Source: an uncultured Verrucomicrobiota bacterium
GTDB taxonomy: Bacteria; Verrucomicrobiota; Verrucomicrobiia; Limisphaerales; UBA9464
DNA: 64,000 nucleotides
Direction: 5' to 3'
Assembly: GCA_903907995.1 (NCBI GenBank)
Contig: CAIVQH010000004.1
Span: 4,049 to 68,048, forward strand
The notes beneath the pieces were generated by a model that worked only from the letters and a program-made list of their open reading frames with translations, ran no database searches and was not told the DNA's origin. Positions 50,001 through 60,081 of this stretch are shown here, one piece after another; the stretch's first letter is position 1; every line of letters begins with the position of its first letter. Both the position numbers and the translations under genes were made by a program.

Positions 50001-50915
50001 CTTCTGCAGGCATTTCAGGCAGATGGTCTCGAGGTCGCGGGCGATTTCCGGGCGGAGGGAGCGCAACGACGCCGGCTCCTTGTCGCGCACGAGCATCACC
50101 GTTTCCACCGGGGTCGGCGCCTCAAAGGGGGGGCGGCCGCTCAGCAGGTCGTAGAGGATGGCCCCGAGCGAATAGATGTCGGCAGCCACCGTAAGCAGGC
50201 GCGGGTCATCGGCCTGCTCCGGAGGCATGTAGGCCGGTGTGCCAAACACCGCCCCGGTCTGCGTCAGCCGGCTTTCCACGCCCAGGCGCCGCGCCAGTCC
50301 GAAATCCATGACCTGCGGCTCCCCTTGGGCGTCCACAAGGATATTGGCCGGCTTCAGATCACGGTGCAAAACGCCACGCTGATGTGCGTAATGGATCGCC
50401 TTGGCCACCTTGGCCATCAGCCGGGCGCTTTCCACGGGGTTGCGCGCCCCTTCACGGGCGCGTTCAGCCAGGCTGCGGCCGTCGATCAGCTTCATGCTGA
50501 AGAAGTGGCGGCCGTCGAACTGGCCGACCTCATAGATCGGCACGATGTTCGGATGATCCAGGTTGGCCGCCGCCTCGGCTTCCGCCCGGAAGCGCTTCAC
50601 CTCATCCTCACCGGCGAACTGGCCGGCCAGGATCAGTTTCAAGGCCACCGTGCGGTTCAGGCTGATCTGCCGGGCGCGATAGACCACCCCCATGCCGCCG
50701 CGGGCGATTTCCGCCTGCACTTCGTAGTCGCCGAAGGCGTGCAGCACCGGAGCGGCGTAGTTGGAGTAGCCAAAACGGCCCGAAGCCGGCCCTTCCGCCG
50801 CGTGGTGCCGGGGGCGGACCAGCGAATGCCGCACCAGGCAAGCCGGGCACAGCCCTTCCAGCAGGAGGGCGTGGCGTGGCAGACCACATTCTGGGCAGGC
50901 GGCAAGGTTGGACAT
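47067..50915 (-). CDS. Ser/Thr protein kinase with WD40 propellers and a C-terminal beta domain
   Basis: [33 protein letters not shown]; hydrophobic helix after the kinase domain; FSPDG-type repeats. Confidence 0.92.
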   Translation of the reverse strand: MSNLAACPECGLPRHALLLEGLCPACLVRHSLVRPRHHAAEGPASGRFGYSNYAAPVLHAFGDYEVQAEIARGGMGVVYRARQISLNRTVALKLILAGQFAGEDEVKRFRAEAEAAANLDHPNIVPIYEVGQFDGRHFFSMKLIDGRSLAERAREGARNPVESARLMAKVAKAIHYAHQRGVLHRDLKPANILVDAQGEPQVMDFGLARRLGVESRLTQTGAVFGTPAYMPPEQADDPRLLTVAADIYSLGAILYDLLSGRPPFEAPTPVETVMLVRDKEPASLRSLRPEIARDLETICLKCLQKEPERRYASALALAEDLERYLKGEPILARPVNPAERAWRWARRRPVVAALTAVVVVLLLTLAIGAPWVAARLAKAATRAENANEQAQNKLQEARLAQAEAQRLSDVVGHKEDGLRSLAEATSIRSPGRLLDEAVAQFALFDYSSLAVTHPRAGRSLPVCFTPDFSRYLMAETNATLTLRSTESDQELWRWHPYRPLDADEIFMSPDGSNAAVVHDKDSTNGFLEILNLREKRLNAVLPGLRAGPFSPDGHLLLVADGQRRPALVDVSDGRRLEEPPLPSNMEDEVVFDPDPSVPLLARIAGRNVEFWDRRQGKVVSRLSHTAGIITIAWNGDLVVAGDYFGDIRIWNLRNEKTIVLKDHRDSVIRLFFSEDGQRLLSTSRDGHTACWDPFSGERLLISERYQAYQNSSDNHRLHFGNEERWGWTPVLPSKGFRRLNCVDEGSQKTRCLSFSPSGRWLLVTKQAGLHVYDTTTGQRILFHPAFALTGAWFLRGGNSVLAHDRDQIYWFDVVVGNGVMRLAERQRKSIPGTVWLEPGTLSPDGSILALCTGGGPVMLLDANTGDEIQRVPAPAALVAAVSNEARWTATRDLGTNLVCVRSFSNTVDPITFHLSDAITTFNADGKWLLASSLDEHCFRELPGGALKHEVAAGGNIYHTPAAAAWSPDGKVAAVVIARGKVELLRTGTWDHLVTLTSPQPTTLASLTFSPNQRFVAAATGADQIELWDLEEIRSEIAAFHLSLPEPKLLTPSADLADHAVVAPIQMSPALPTPLPVTHPYPLRISNTPSNLLDLSHFYNLRLDARSWSSDSPLDKSFASLPQGVQEFGGTLFDVRGIIQLRGVEMAKYLTNLPPSADGIEVNRSARRLHFLGGVDSLFSSFPRRQAVGHCVIHYADGQQADFPWGAQKELDNIQYNPRSHRAKTDSMVVWVGTTPGSESGNGRVRMMKMTRDNPRPDVPISTIDLKTADLAPAPLIIAVTAE

Positions 50916-50920
50916 TCGGC

Positions 50921-51568
50921 TCAGTCGAATAGCTCCCCGAACTCCGCATCAAGTTCAGTCGGAGTGGAGACTGTCTGGGACACTTCTTCCAGCGCGAGCT
51001 TTTGAAAACGTTCCCGGAACGGGATCAGTCCGTCATCGGACGTTTTGCCCCCGTCGTTCAGCGTCAGGCGGCGGGCGAGTCCAGGTTTTAGCGCCTCAAA
51101 TTCGTCCAACCGGCCGTTGGCGGCAGATTCGCGGCGCAACGCCGCCAAGGCCAGATCCAGCACCACCAGGGCCCAACGGCGGCGAAAAACGTCCCCGGGC
51201 ACGCTGATGCCGGCGGACACTACCCCCATCCGGGCTTCAGCATCGGGGGGAACCAGCCCCGGCTGCGACTGGTCCAGGGTGGAATCATACGCCGCCCCGC
51301 GGGCGGTCTGGTCGGCGAGAAAACCGTTGAGAGCCTCGAACATGCCCATGCGCAGTCGCAGGTAGGCCTGCTTGGGACGGCCAAATTCGTTGCCGTGGGA
51401 AAATTCGCGCAGGAAATGTCGGGTAAGCAGGCTGGCATCGGGGGCCGCAACCCCGTCATCGCGCAGCAAGGCGTAAGGCGGCCACCAGAATTTGCGGCAT
51501 AAGGCCTCCAATACGGACGAGGAAACCGTCCGCGCTTCCGCCTTGTTACCGGGCAGGCCTGCTGGCAT
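50921..51568 (-). CDS. Degenerate ECF sigma-like protein of the kinase-associated type
   Basis: [29 protein letters not shown] and EVSQTV match kinase-linked ECFs; the region-4 HTH is not recognisable. Confidence 0.65.
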   Translation of the reverse strand: MPAGLPGNKAEARTVSSSVLEALCRKFWWPPYALLRDDGVAAPDASLLTRHFLREFSHGNEFGRPKQAYLRLRMGMFEALNGFLADQTARGAAYDSTLDQSQPGLVPPDAEARMGVVSAGISVPGDVFRRRWALVVLDLALAALRRESAANGRLDEFEALKPGLARRLTLNDGGKTSDDGLIPFRERFQKLALEEVSQTVSTPTELDAEFGELFD

Positions 51569-51609
51569 GGGGCCAGTGTATGGCGGGACGATGACAAAAG
51601 TCCAACCGG

Positions 51610-52674
51610 CTAAGCTGCCGACCGGAACTGCTCCAGGTCCGGGTCAATCTGGGCCTCCCGGCGCTCCACCAGCTTGCGCAGCTTGCGGAGGGCGGAGGCT
51701 TCAATCTGCCGGATGCGTTCACGGGTCACCCCAAAGGTCTCGCCAATTTCTTCCAGCGTCTTTTCGGGGCCGCCGTCGAGGCCGAACCGGCGGTTGATCA
51801 CGGCCAGGGCGCGCTCATCCAGCCGGCGCACGAGTTCGCGGAGCATCTCGTGCCGGTTGTGGTCGGCCAGGTCCTCATAGGCGGTGCCGGCGTTTTCGTC
51901 CTTCACGATGTCCGCAAAACGCGTGTCATCCTCATCACCCAGCGGGGCATCCAGCGAAACCGGGCGATGGCTGGCGCAGAGCAGTTCGGTGACGCGCTCG
52001 CGGGTCAGCTGCATCTCGCTGGCGATCTCGGCCTCGGTCGGTTCGCGACCGATCTCCTCCTGCAGGCGCATGGAAGTGCGGCGGATACGGGCGACGAGAT
52101 CCACCAGATGAACCGGCAGCCGGATTGTCCGGGCCTGGTCGCCCATGGCGCGTTTGATGCTTTGTTTGATCCACCAAGAAGCGTAAGTGGACAGCTTGGC
52201 ACCCTTGGCCGGATCAAAGCGGTCCACAGCCCGCATCAGGCCCATGTTCCCCTCATTGATCATGTCCAGCAACGGCAGGCCAAGGCCCTCGTAATCACGG
52301 GCTATCTTCACGACCAGCCGCAGGTTGGCCTTGATCATGTGCTCGCGCGCTTCGTCGTCACCCTGATGGATCCGGCCGGCCAGGGCGGTTTCCTCCTCCA
52401 AGGTCAGCAGCGGTGTCTCGCTGATCTCCCGGAGATAGAGCCGCAGGCTGAGGTCCAGGTCGCCGCTGGCGGAATCGGAGGTCAGGCGCGGATTGCGCGG
52501 ACGCGGCTGGCTTTCCGCCGCCGGCTTGACGGCCAGGGCAGGGCGGATTTCCCCCGGGCAACGGGTTCCATGATCGGCGGCTGGCTTGCCCTCGCCCGGT
52601 TGCCGGAGCATGGGCCGGCGGCGCTGGAAAGCTGAAGTCTTCGGTCCGCGTTTTTGTTTTACGAATGTAATCAT
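51610..52674 (-). CDS. Sigma70 factor, RpoD/RpoS-like (no acidic region 1.1)
   Basis: YLREISETPLL, NLRLVVKIA, STYASWWIKQ, TLEEIGETFGVTRERIRQIE. Confidence 0.93.
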   Translation of the reverse strand: MITFVKQKRGPKTSAFQRRRPMLRQPGEGKPAADHGTRCPGEIRPALAVKPAAESQPRPRNPRLTSDSASGDLDLSLRLYLREISETPLLTLEEETALAGRIHQGDDEAREHMIKANLRLVVKIARDYEGLGLPLLDMINEGNMGLMRAVDRFDPAKGAKLSTYASWWIKQSIKRAMGDQARTIRLPVHLVDLVARIRRTSMRLQEEIGREPTEAEIASEMQLTRERVTELLCASHRPVSLDAPLGDEDDTRFADIVKDENAGTAYEDLADHNRHEMLRELVRRLDERALAVINRRFGLDGGPEKTLEEIGETFGVTRERIRQIEASALRKLRKLVERREAQIDPDLEQFRSAA

Positions 52675-52704
52675 AACGGGGCAAGTTTCAGATGCGAAGA
52701 GTTT

Positions 52705-52721
52705 AGCAAGTGCCTGGCCAA
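52705..52721 (-). promoter_or_regulatory. Sigma54 (-24/-12) promoter
   Basis: TTGGCCAGGCACTTGCT: GG-N10-GC with TG and TTGC context, about 30 bp upstream of the ATG. Confidence 0.6.
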
Positions 52722-52919
52722 CTTTTATGGGCTCCGCGCCACGGTGCTTTGGACAACGGCGACCGGAAACGGCTCAAAGAAACTCCGAACCGGCCTCCCG
52801 GCCTGCTGGGTTCGTCCAGCAGGACCGGGGCCAAGGCAGCCAGAGGCGTGCCGTTCTCACGGATGACAGGCAAGTTTATCGGCGTAAACTTACGGACGTG
52901 ACCGTCCGCAAGGCCGCCC

Positions 52920-53972
52920 TTAGCGGGGCAGCACCAGCAGGTCCTGGGGACGCAGGGAGACCTGCAGGGATGTGCCGACGGGCAGCAGCCGCTCCGGGTT
53001 CGGAGTGAAGGCCTTGAGGGAGACACCGGCCGCCGTGCTCAACAGGTATTCCTCGATCTCGCCCAGGTAGTTGACCTGTTCCAGCCGGCAGCCAAAGCCG
53101 TTTACCGGCGAGGCTTCCAGCCGCAGTGCCTCCGGGCGGAAGCCCAGCCAGACCGGCGTACCGGGGGCCAAACCCGACCGTGGTTCAGCGGCAAAGGTGC
53201 CGAGCGCCGAAGTGATTTCGAGACGCTCCGGGTTGGTGGCCGACACGGTGCCCTCGACCCAGTTGGTCTCGCCGATGAAGTCGGCCACGAACCGGTTGGC
53301 CGGCCGACGATAGACCGTGCGCGGATCGGCCAGCTGCTCGACCACACCGTCCCGGAGCACGGCCATGCGGTCGGCAAGGGACAGGGATTCCTTCTGGTCG
53401 TGCGTGACGTACACGGTGGTGATCCTGGTCTCCGAGTGGATGCGGCGGATCTCGTCCCGCATCTCCAGGCGCAGGCGGGCATCGAGGTTGGACAGCGGCT
53501 CATCCAGGAGCAGCACGTCGGGCCGGATGACCAGTGCCCGGGCCAGGGCGACCCGTTGCTGCTGCCCGCCGGAAAGCTGGTTGGGTGTCCGGTCGGCCAG
53601 CTGGCCCATCCGGACCGTATCCAGGGCGGCGCGCACCCGTTCCTGCTTTTCCTTGCTGGCGACGTTCCGCACGTCGAGGCCGTAGGCGACATTTTCGGAC
53701 ACCGTCATGTGAGGCCACAGGGCGTAGTTCTGGAACACCATGCCGGTGTTGCGCTTGTGTGGCGGCACATCGTTCATCCGCCGGTCGCCGAAAAGCAGTT
53801 CACCCCCGTCGGGCTGGTAGAAGCCGGCGATCAGGCGCAGGAGCGTGGTTTTTCCACAGCCGCTGGGCCCCAGCAGGAAAAACAGTTCACGGTCGTGAAT
53901 CTCCAGGGAAATGTCCTTCAGCACCGGCGTGGAGCCGAAGCTTTTCGTAAGGTTGCGAACCGTGATGTTCAT
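52920..53972 (-). CDS. ABC ATP-binding protein (Fe3+/polyamine class)
   Basis: GPSGCGKT, VFQNYALWPH, LSGGQQQR, DEPLSNLD; TOBE-like C-terminus. Confidence 0.92.
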   Translation of the reverse strand: MNITVRNLTKSFGSTPVLKDISLEIHDRELFFLLGPSGCGKTTLLRLIAGFYQPDGGELLFGDRRMNDVPPHKRNTGMVFQNYALWPHMTVSENVAYGLDVRNVASKEKQERVRAALDTVRMGQLADRTPNQLSGGQQQRVALARALVIRPDVLLLDEPLSNLDARLRLEMRDEIRRIHSETRITTVYVTHDQKESLSLADRMAVLRDGVVEQLADPRTVYRRPANRFVADFIGETNWVEGTVSATNPERLEITSALGTFAAEPRSGLAPGTPVWLGFRPEALRLEASPVNGFGCRLEQVNYLGEIEEYLLSTAAGVSLKAFTPNPERLLPVGTSLQVSLRPQDLLVLPR

Positions 53973-55294
53973 GGCTGGATCGGGCGTGCGAGGCGGCGGT
54001 ATTTGGCCTGGGCCTGCTGCTGCCACTCAAGTTTGGTCTGCTGTCGAAATTCCGCGTCCTTCCATTTGTCCTTCGCCATGGTGATGGCCTCGTCGGCGCT
54101 GAGCGGCACCCGGCCCAGCTCGGCCAGCTCCTCCGGGCGGGCGCCCCGGGCGATGACCGCGCGCCAGGCGGCGATGAGTTCGGGATGGAGGTCCACGATC
54201 GTGGCGCCGAACAGGGAGCGGACGATTTCGCGGCGGTCACGGGCAACGCGGGCGTCGTACCGGAAAGGCTGCTTCAGGGTGAAGGGGTTCACCGGGATGT
54301 GCGTCTGGCCGCGATACTTCTCGTAGAGCGCGGGGCGTACCGGGAGCCGTTCGATGGCGTGTTTCTGCGGGCCTTCCGGATGGCCCAGCGGCAGGTACCA
54401 CAGCTTCTGCCCAGCGTCACTGAGCACGAAGTCAAGGAACCGGCCTGCCAGCTCGGGGTGTGGCGGGCCGTGGAGGATCGCGATGCCATCCGCGCTCACG
54501 GCGGTAAAGTCCTCGGGCAGCACCAGGTCGAGGTTGCCCACGCCGGCGGCCGTGATCTGGATGTACCCGTAGTAGTCGATGGAGAAGGCGTAGGCGACCT
54601 GGCCGAGCGCGCATTCCTTGGCGGTGTTGGAACTCAGCCGGTCGAACTGGCGCACGTTGCCGCTGATCTCCGTGAGCAGCTGCCAGCCGCGTTCCCAGCC
54701 GTAGGCCTGGAGGAACGCCTCGAACATGTTGTTCATCGTGCCGCTGTTGCGGGGATCGCCCGCCCCCACCCAGCCGAGCAGTTTTGGCTGGGCGAGATCC
54801 TCCCAACGCGTCACCCGGGGCAGGCCCGTTGCACTTTGCACCCGCAGGTTTTGCAGAATGCCGAAGCCGGCAAGGCAGGCGCCGAACCAGGTCTTCGTCG
54901 GGTCGTAAATTTCCGTGCCCTGGGCCGTCTGCGGGATGCCGTCGATCACGTCGGGCGGTGGCTGGTGGGGTTCCAGCAGCTTCTTGGCGGAAAGGGCGAG
55001 GAACGGTTCCGGTCCGCCACCGAAGAAGATGTCGATGCCGATGCCGCCCGGCTTGGTCTTGAATTCTGACTCCACGTAGCGCTGGGCTTCACCCGAGCCG
55101 CCGACGTCGCGCCATTCGACCGCGGCCGGTGTGCCATAGCGGGCCTGATGCCATGCGTTGAAACCGCGCTCGAACTCGGCCCGTATCTCCTCGGGATGAG
55201 GGGTGAGCACGATGACCGGCGGCTCCGCAACGGTCCGCTCCAGCGTGCCGTAAGCCGCCACGACAAGGAGGAGACGGAACAGGCGAACCTTCAC
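53969..55294 (-). CDS. ABC substrate-binding protein (AfuA/Fe3+-like)
   Basis: GTG at 55294; signal peptide; VLTPH, DIFFGGG, DPRNSG, FVLSDAGQ. Confidence 0.82.
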   Translation of the reverse strand: MKVRLFRLLLVVAAYGTLERTVAEPPVIVLTPHPEEIRAEFERGFNAWHQARYGTPAAVEWRDVGGSGEAQRYVESEFKTKPGGIGIDIFFGGGPEPFLALSAKKLLEPHQPPPDVIDGIPQTAQGTEIYDPTKTWFGACLAGFGILQNLRVQSATGLPRVTRWEDLAQPKLLGWVGAGDPRNSGTMNNMFEAFLQAYGWERGWQLLTEISGNVRQFDRLSSNTAKECALGQVAYAFSIDYYGYIQITAAGVGNLDLVLPEDFTAVSADGIAILHGPPHPELAGRFLDFVLSDAGQKLWYLPLGHPEGPQKHAIERLPVRPALYEKYRGQTHIPVNPFTLKQPFRYDARVARDRREIVRSLFGATIVDLHPELIAAWRAVIARGARPEELAELGRVPLSADEAITMAKDKWKDAEFRQQTKLEWQQQAQAKYRRLARPIQP

Positions 55295-56595
55295 AGGCGG
55301 AGGAAGATCTTCCGGACGTACAATGCGCGGGCGAAACCTAGCATCAGCAGGATGGCCACCACGGCCACGAGCACTTCGCCGAAGCCGCCGAGATGCCCCT
55401 GGATCGGGCCGCCCACGAACCGCTCGGCAATCTTGCGGAAGCCCAGGATTTGCGCGGCGAGATAGATGGTCAGGGCGTTGGAACCGATCCAGATGAACGG
55501 GCGGCACCACAGGGTCCGCTCCCACACGTCCACGATCTGGTGGAACGCGCCCAGCAGCATGAGGCTGAAGCCACCCGCGACCAGCACGAACGAGGAGGTC
55601 CAGAGTTTCTTGATCACCGGGAAGGAAAAGCCCCACAGGTAGCCCAACCCCATCAGCAGGAAGCCCATGGTGAGCAGGAAGACGGTCTTGCCGGTGGGCG
55701 GCAGTTCCTCATTCAGCAGGAGCAGGCCGGCAAAAAGCCCCAGCAGGCAGGTGCCGATCGCGGGCAGCGTGCTGAGGATGCCCTCCGGATCGTAGTAGGT
55801 GTCGTAGAGTTTGCCGGGCAGGTACTGGAAGTCGATGTGGTTGGCCAGGTTGTACCCCGGGGCATACTGGCCGGTGACCGTGTTCAGCGTGCTGTCAAAG
55901 AGCTTAACGACATTGGTCTCCCCGGTTTGCTCGGCCAGTTTGGCGAGGGCGGCGGGTTCCAGCTGGATGTCGCGGATCGGCCAGCGTTCCATGAGGCCCC
56001 AATAACCGAGGAGCAGGGAGGCGAAGACGCCGAACAGCAGCTTCACCGGGAGGAAGATATACAGCAGCCCGGTGGCCGTGTAGGCGAGGGCAATGCGGTT
56101 CAGCACGCCCAGCATGCGCGTATTGTCCAGGAGATGCCGCAGCAGGTCGCCGGTGGTGGCTTCACCGCCTCCGGGCGGAACATAGGCCGCGCCGTCAAAA
56201 CCCTTCGAATAGAACAGGCCCACGAGATAGAGCATCAGCCCCCGCAGGAGCACGCGTTTGGCCGCCGTCATTGCGCCTTTTTCCGCGATGGTTTTGCTCA
56301 GGGAAAACGCCGCCGACACACCCACGATGAAGACAAAGAGCGGGAAGATCAGGTCATAGAAGACAAACCCCTCCCAGGCCACGTGCTCGAGCTGGTGCCG
56401 CAGCATCGCGACGAGCGGATTTCCCGTCCACCGGTTGAGGGCGGCGATGAAGTAGCCGGCCCCCACGATCCAGAACATGTCGAAGCCACGCAGGGCATCC
56501 ACCGACATGAAACGGGTCGGCAGCTTGTGCTGCACCGCATTGTCGCGGCCCGAACGAGTCCGCCGGTAGCCGGTCGTTTCAAACTTGTAGGGCAT
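55291..56595 (-). CDS. NagX/HGSNAT-like membrane protein, paralog 2
   Basis: SVDALRGFDMFWI, HVAWEG..DLIFPLF, DPEGILST, IKKLWTSSF. Confidence 0.85.
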   Translation of the reverse strand: MPYKFETTGYRRTRSGRDNAVQHKLPTRFMSVDALRGFDMFWIVGAGYFIAALNRWTGNPLVAMLRHQLEHVAWEGFVFYDLIFPLFVFIVGVSAAFSLSKTIAEKGAMTAAKRVLLRGLMLYLVGLFYSKGFDGAAYVPPGGGEATTGDLLRHLLDNTRMLGVLNRIALAYTATGLLYIFLPVKLLFGVFASLLLGYWGLMERWPIRDIQLEPAALAKLAEQTGETNVVKLFDSTLNTVTGQYAPGYNLANHIDFQYLPGKLYDTYYDPEGILSTLPAIGTCLLGLFAGLLLLNEELPPTGKTVFLLTMGFLLMGLGYLWGFSFPVIKKLWTSSFVLVAGGFSLMLLGAFHQIVDVWERTLWCRPFIWIGSNALTIYLAAQILGFRKIAERFVGGPIQGHLGGFGEVLVAVVAILLMLGFARALYVRKIFLRL

Positions 56596-56611
56596 GTTGG
56601 GTTTAAGGGGA

Positions 56612-57859
56612 TCAGAGCCGCAGATAGATCTTCCGCCGATGGAGGAATCGGGCGAGGAGGAAGGTGAACGCCAACCCGAGCAGGGCGGTCACCAGGCCGC
56701 CGAAGCCCTTCATCACGAGCCGGTCAAGCAGGGCGTTCAGGTTGCCGCCGGTCAGCCGCGTGGCGAGCTGGCCGAAATCCACAAGTTCGCCGAGGAGGTA
56801 GATTGCAATCGGGTTGAGTCCCACCCAGACAAACGGCTGGCACCACCGCTGCCAGCCCCGTACGTCGATGATCCAGTAGAAGGTCGCCAGCAGCAGCGCG
56901 CTGTACCCGCCCGCCACCAGCACGAAGGAGGAGGTCCACAGCTTCTTGATGATGGGGAAGAAGGTGCCCCAGCCGAACCCGGCCGCCAGCAGTGCGAGCC
57001 CTGCCCCCGCCAGCCCAATCGCCTTCTGCTGCGGCGTGCGCTTCGGGTCGCACAGGAAAACACCCGCAAACATGCCCAGCAGGCAGCTCGCCACGGCCGG
57101 GAACGTGCTGAGGACGCCCTCCGGATCGTAGTTGCCGTTCCACTTCCGCAGGGGCAGGAACCGGAAGTCGAAGTGGTTCACGACGTTCCTACCCTCCTCA
57201 TAGCCGCCCCGCACATAGGTGGTGGTGGCGTTGAACAGCCGGTGCGGATCGGTCTCCCCGGCCTTCTGCAGGCTGGCCTTGATGGCATCCTTTTCCAGCG
57301 AGATGTCCCGTACCGGCACAAAGGTCAGGAGCGCCCAGTAGCCGACCAGAATGCCGGCCGTCACGGCGATGAGCGTGCGCGGCTTGAAGAAGATGAACAG
57401 GAAGCCGGTGGCCCCATAACACAGGGCGATGCGCTGGAGCACGCCCAGCAGGCGGATGTCCTGGAAGCTCCCCGCGAAGCCGCCATAATAGAAGATGCCG
57501 ACGAGATACAGCAGCAGCGTTCGTTTCATCAGGCGGGCAAACGCGGCGTCCTTGCCATAGCGCGGGATGATCTTGCCGAGGGAGAACACGAGCGAGACCC
57601 CGGCCATGAACACGAAGAGCGGGAAGATCAGGTCCTCGAAATGGAAGCCCTCCCACTCCACATGCTCAAGCTGCTTGGCAAGGCCGCGCGTCAGGCGGCC
57701 GGAACCCAGCCCCGCAAGCGCGCCACCAAGCAGTTCCCCGCCCATGATCCAGAACATGTCGAAACCGCGCAGCGCATCGAGCGAGAGGAGGCGGCTGGCT
57801 TGGGGCGGCCGGGCCGGTACGGCGACCGGCTCGGGGGCGGGAAGTTCGGTTTCAGCCAT
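56612..57859 (-). CDS. NagX/HGSNAT-like membrane protein, paralog 1
   Basis: SLDALRGFDMFWI, HVEWEG..DLIFPLF, GVLQRI, DPEGVLST, IKKLWTSSF. Confidence 0.85.
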   Translation of the reverse strand: MAETELPAPEPVAVPARPPQASRLLSLDALRGFDMFWIMGGELLGGALAGLGSGRLTRGLAKQLEHVEWEGFHFEDLIFPLFVFMAGVSLVFSLGKIIPRYGKDAAFARLMKRTLLLYLVGIFYYGGFAGSFQDIRLLGVLQRIALCYGATGFLFIFFKPRTLIAVTAGILVGYWALLTFVPVRDISLEKDAIKASLQKAGETDPHRLFNATTTYVRGGYEEGRNVVNHFDFRFLPLRKWNGNYDPEGVLSTFPAVASCLLGMFAGVFLCDPKRTPQQKAIGLAGAGLALLAAGFGWGTFFPIIKKLWTSSFVLVAGGYSALLLATFYWIIDVRGWQRWCQPFVWVGLNPIAIYLLGELVDFGQLATRLTGGNLNALLDRLVMKGFGGLVTALLGLAFTFLLARFLHRRKIYLRL

Positions 57860-58147
57860 GCGACGCGCCTAAGTAACCATGTGCAAAAAGTGGCGTCCAA
57901 CCGCAAAAGCCGGTGGTGGAAGAAATGCGCGGTCTCTGGGGCGGCCCGGCTTGCCCGCTTTCAGGGCTCGGGCAGCCGCTGGTGGAAGATGCCGGAGCCG
58001 ACTTCAAAATCATGGCTCCAAACCGGATCGCAACACCGTCGTTCGAGCATATCCACCGGCCACCCGGGCCACGGAGTTCTTCGATTCGTCCGGCGGGCGG
58101 ATTGGGCAGACGCCGATTGGGGCGGGCTTTGGGCAGGGTTGGACCCG

Positions 58148-58717
58148 TTATTTCGGTGAGGCCGGAGGAGGGACCGTTGCGGCTGCGCTGGACTCCCACA
58201 CGACGTGTTGTGCCGCCGCGTCGATCAGCTGTTCCAGGGCCCAGACTTTGAGGGGAGCGCTCTGCATATGGTTCTTAAATGTCTTGCGGCGGCTGCCAGC
58301 GGCAAAACTGGTGTACACGCTGGCACCGTCGGTGGCCCCGCGACGGTAGGTGTCCGGCATGGACCAAAATGCCGACTCGCTGATGAAGGCGGCGAGGTTA
58401 TGGAATTGAACCGGGTCAATCCGGCCAACCCGCTCGCCGACGAAATCCACGTGGGACACCCCATGAAAACGGCATGTCCCGTCGCTGCGCATGATGAAGG
58501 TGTAGGCGGGACAGGCGCCACGACAGCGGGTGCGCTCGATCCCGATTTCGGTGATCCCGTGGGCCGTGGCCATTCGCGGCAAACCTGGAACAACCGGCGC
58601 CGGATTGTGTTTCGGAGCCGCATCATAGTAGTCGGCAACCTCACCGCCCAGCACGGTGGCGGCGACTGCAAAGAAAAGTGCGAACCGGCGCAAGTAACGA
58701 AGCCTCATCGAAGGCAT
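58148..58717 (-). CDS. DUF6438-like exported protein
   Basis: IERTRCRGACPAYTFIMRSDG...TDGAS; signal peptide. Confidence 0.7.
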   Translation of the reverse strand: MPSMRLRYLRRFALFFAVAATVLGGEVADYYDAAPKHNPAPVVPGLPRMATAHGITEIGIERTRCRGACPAYTFIMRSDGTCRFHGVSHVDFVGERVGRIDPVQFHNLAAFISESAFWSMPDTYRRGATDGASVYTSFAAGSRRKTFKNHMQSAPLKVWALEQLIDAAAQHVVWESSAAATVPPPASPK

Positions 58718-58900
58718 GAGGCTACGCGTATGCGGAATGTTCTGCAATGTCCGTCCCGAATGCCGGGCATTTGAGCTCGGCTGCGGCGGCTCCAAGATTC
58801 GATCCGTCAGAAACGGCCGGACCTCCCCGCAGTGCTGCGAGGAGGTCCGTGATCTGTCCCGGCCGAGCCGGGGGCAACGGCGTGAACCGAAGGCCGCCTG

Positions 58901-59827
58901 TTAACGGCGCTTCCAGAGGCGCACGAGGGCAAGCCCCGCCAAGGCGCTGGCGCAGACCCCGTACGACGCTGGTTCAGGCACCGACGAGAGGGTGTAGCCA
59001 ATCGCCTGCATCGCGGTGATGTCGGCGGAGCTCATGTGGGTGGGCGTAAAACTGTCTCCCGCAGCGTTAAAGGCGTCGATCGGATCGCCGCTGTCCCAGT
59101 CCTGCAAGTCTCCGCCTCCAGGACCGTTGAAGCCTTTGATTTTCGTCACACCGCCGTCCTTGGAAAAATAGACGCCGGTCGCCGTCGGGGAGATGCCCCG
59201 CACGCCGGGCGCGGTAAAGCGGTACAGGTCGTAGGGCAAAAGCCCGCCGTCAAAGCTCTGGGTGCGTCCCAAGACCTCGGAGATCTCATGCTCCGCCGTG
59301 CCAATGAAATCCAAGGACCCCGCCGGTTGCGGGTTGGCGGGGTTAAAAGTATACCCGGCAAAGGGTTCCAATATTATCGACCCGGCGACCCCGGGGTTGT
59401 TTCCGTTGGCGAGCAGCGTTTTGATGGGCAGCCCGATGGCGGCTGCATTGGCGACCGTCAGTTCATACTTTTGAGCGCCGGCAAACGGGTCGCTGGTCGG
59501 CAACCCGGCCGCGGCAACCGATGAATGGGCGGCCAAGGCGTTCCGGAGTTCGGTGTAGGAGTAAAACTCCGTAAAGGACCCGCCGCTGGCGCCGCCCGTT
59601 CCGCCGAGCGATACGTCGACATTGACGGTGGCGTTGTTGCTGAAGAGCGAGCTGAACTGGGACGCGGCGTAGTTGAAGGCCGCTTCATAGGACGCCGCGT
59701 TGGGAGCGGAGGTCACGGTCGAGTCAAACGTAGGCACAATCCTCAATTGGGCGTGCGCTTGGACGCCGGTCACGGCAATCGCTGCCAAGGCCAGCTTAAA
59801 TCCACGCTGATGGGTTGATGTGGTCAT
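58901..59827 (-). CDS. PEP-CTERM surface protein, putative metalloprotease (NF038122-like)
   Basis: Signal AHA-Q; DFIGTAEHEISEVLGR, DLYRF, YFSKDGG, GDLQDW; C-terminal VPEP, TM helix and KRR. Confidence 0.82.
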   Translation of the reverse strand: MTTSTHQRGFKLALAAIAVTGVQAHAQLRIVPTFDSTVTSAPNAASYEAAFNYAASQFSSLFSNNATVNVDVSLGGTGGASGGSFTEFYSYTELRNALAAHSSVAAAGLPTSDPFAGAQKYELTVANAAAIGLPIKTLLANGNNPGVAGSIILEPFAGYTFNPANPQPAGSLDFIGTAEHEISEVLGRTQSFDGGLLPYDLYRFTAPGVRGISPTATGVYFSKDGGVTKIKGFNGPGGGDLQDWDSGDPIDAFNAAGDSFTPTHMSSADITAMQAIGYTLSSVPEPASYGVCASALAGLALVRLWKRR

Positions 59828-60081
59828 ATTGGGTTGCTGAGTATCGTTGAGCCGAATTGACGCAACACGCGCCTTTGAGGATGAGCGTGCAGGGGTGGGT
59901 TGAATGACAAGACCTTCGTCACAGGGTTCCCTGGAACTCAAGAGGTTTTCTCGCTCACGCGCGATTTCGTTTCTGTAAATGTGACGAGGATCAGGTCCCG
60001 GGATTTGGCAAGAAGTGTCGGTCTGAGAGCAGCGCCCTGAGACCTGCCAAATGGCTGCTCCCTGCCCGTGAGCCTTGCTCA

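Noticed and set aside
59828-60080. Sigma54 promoter for the PEP-CTERM gene
   Set aside because: Candidates have the wrong spacing (GG-N8-GC) or lack the GG
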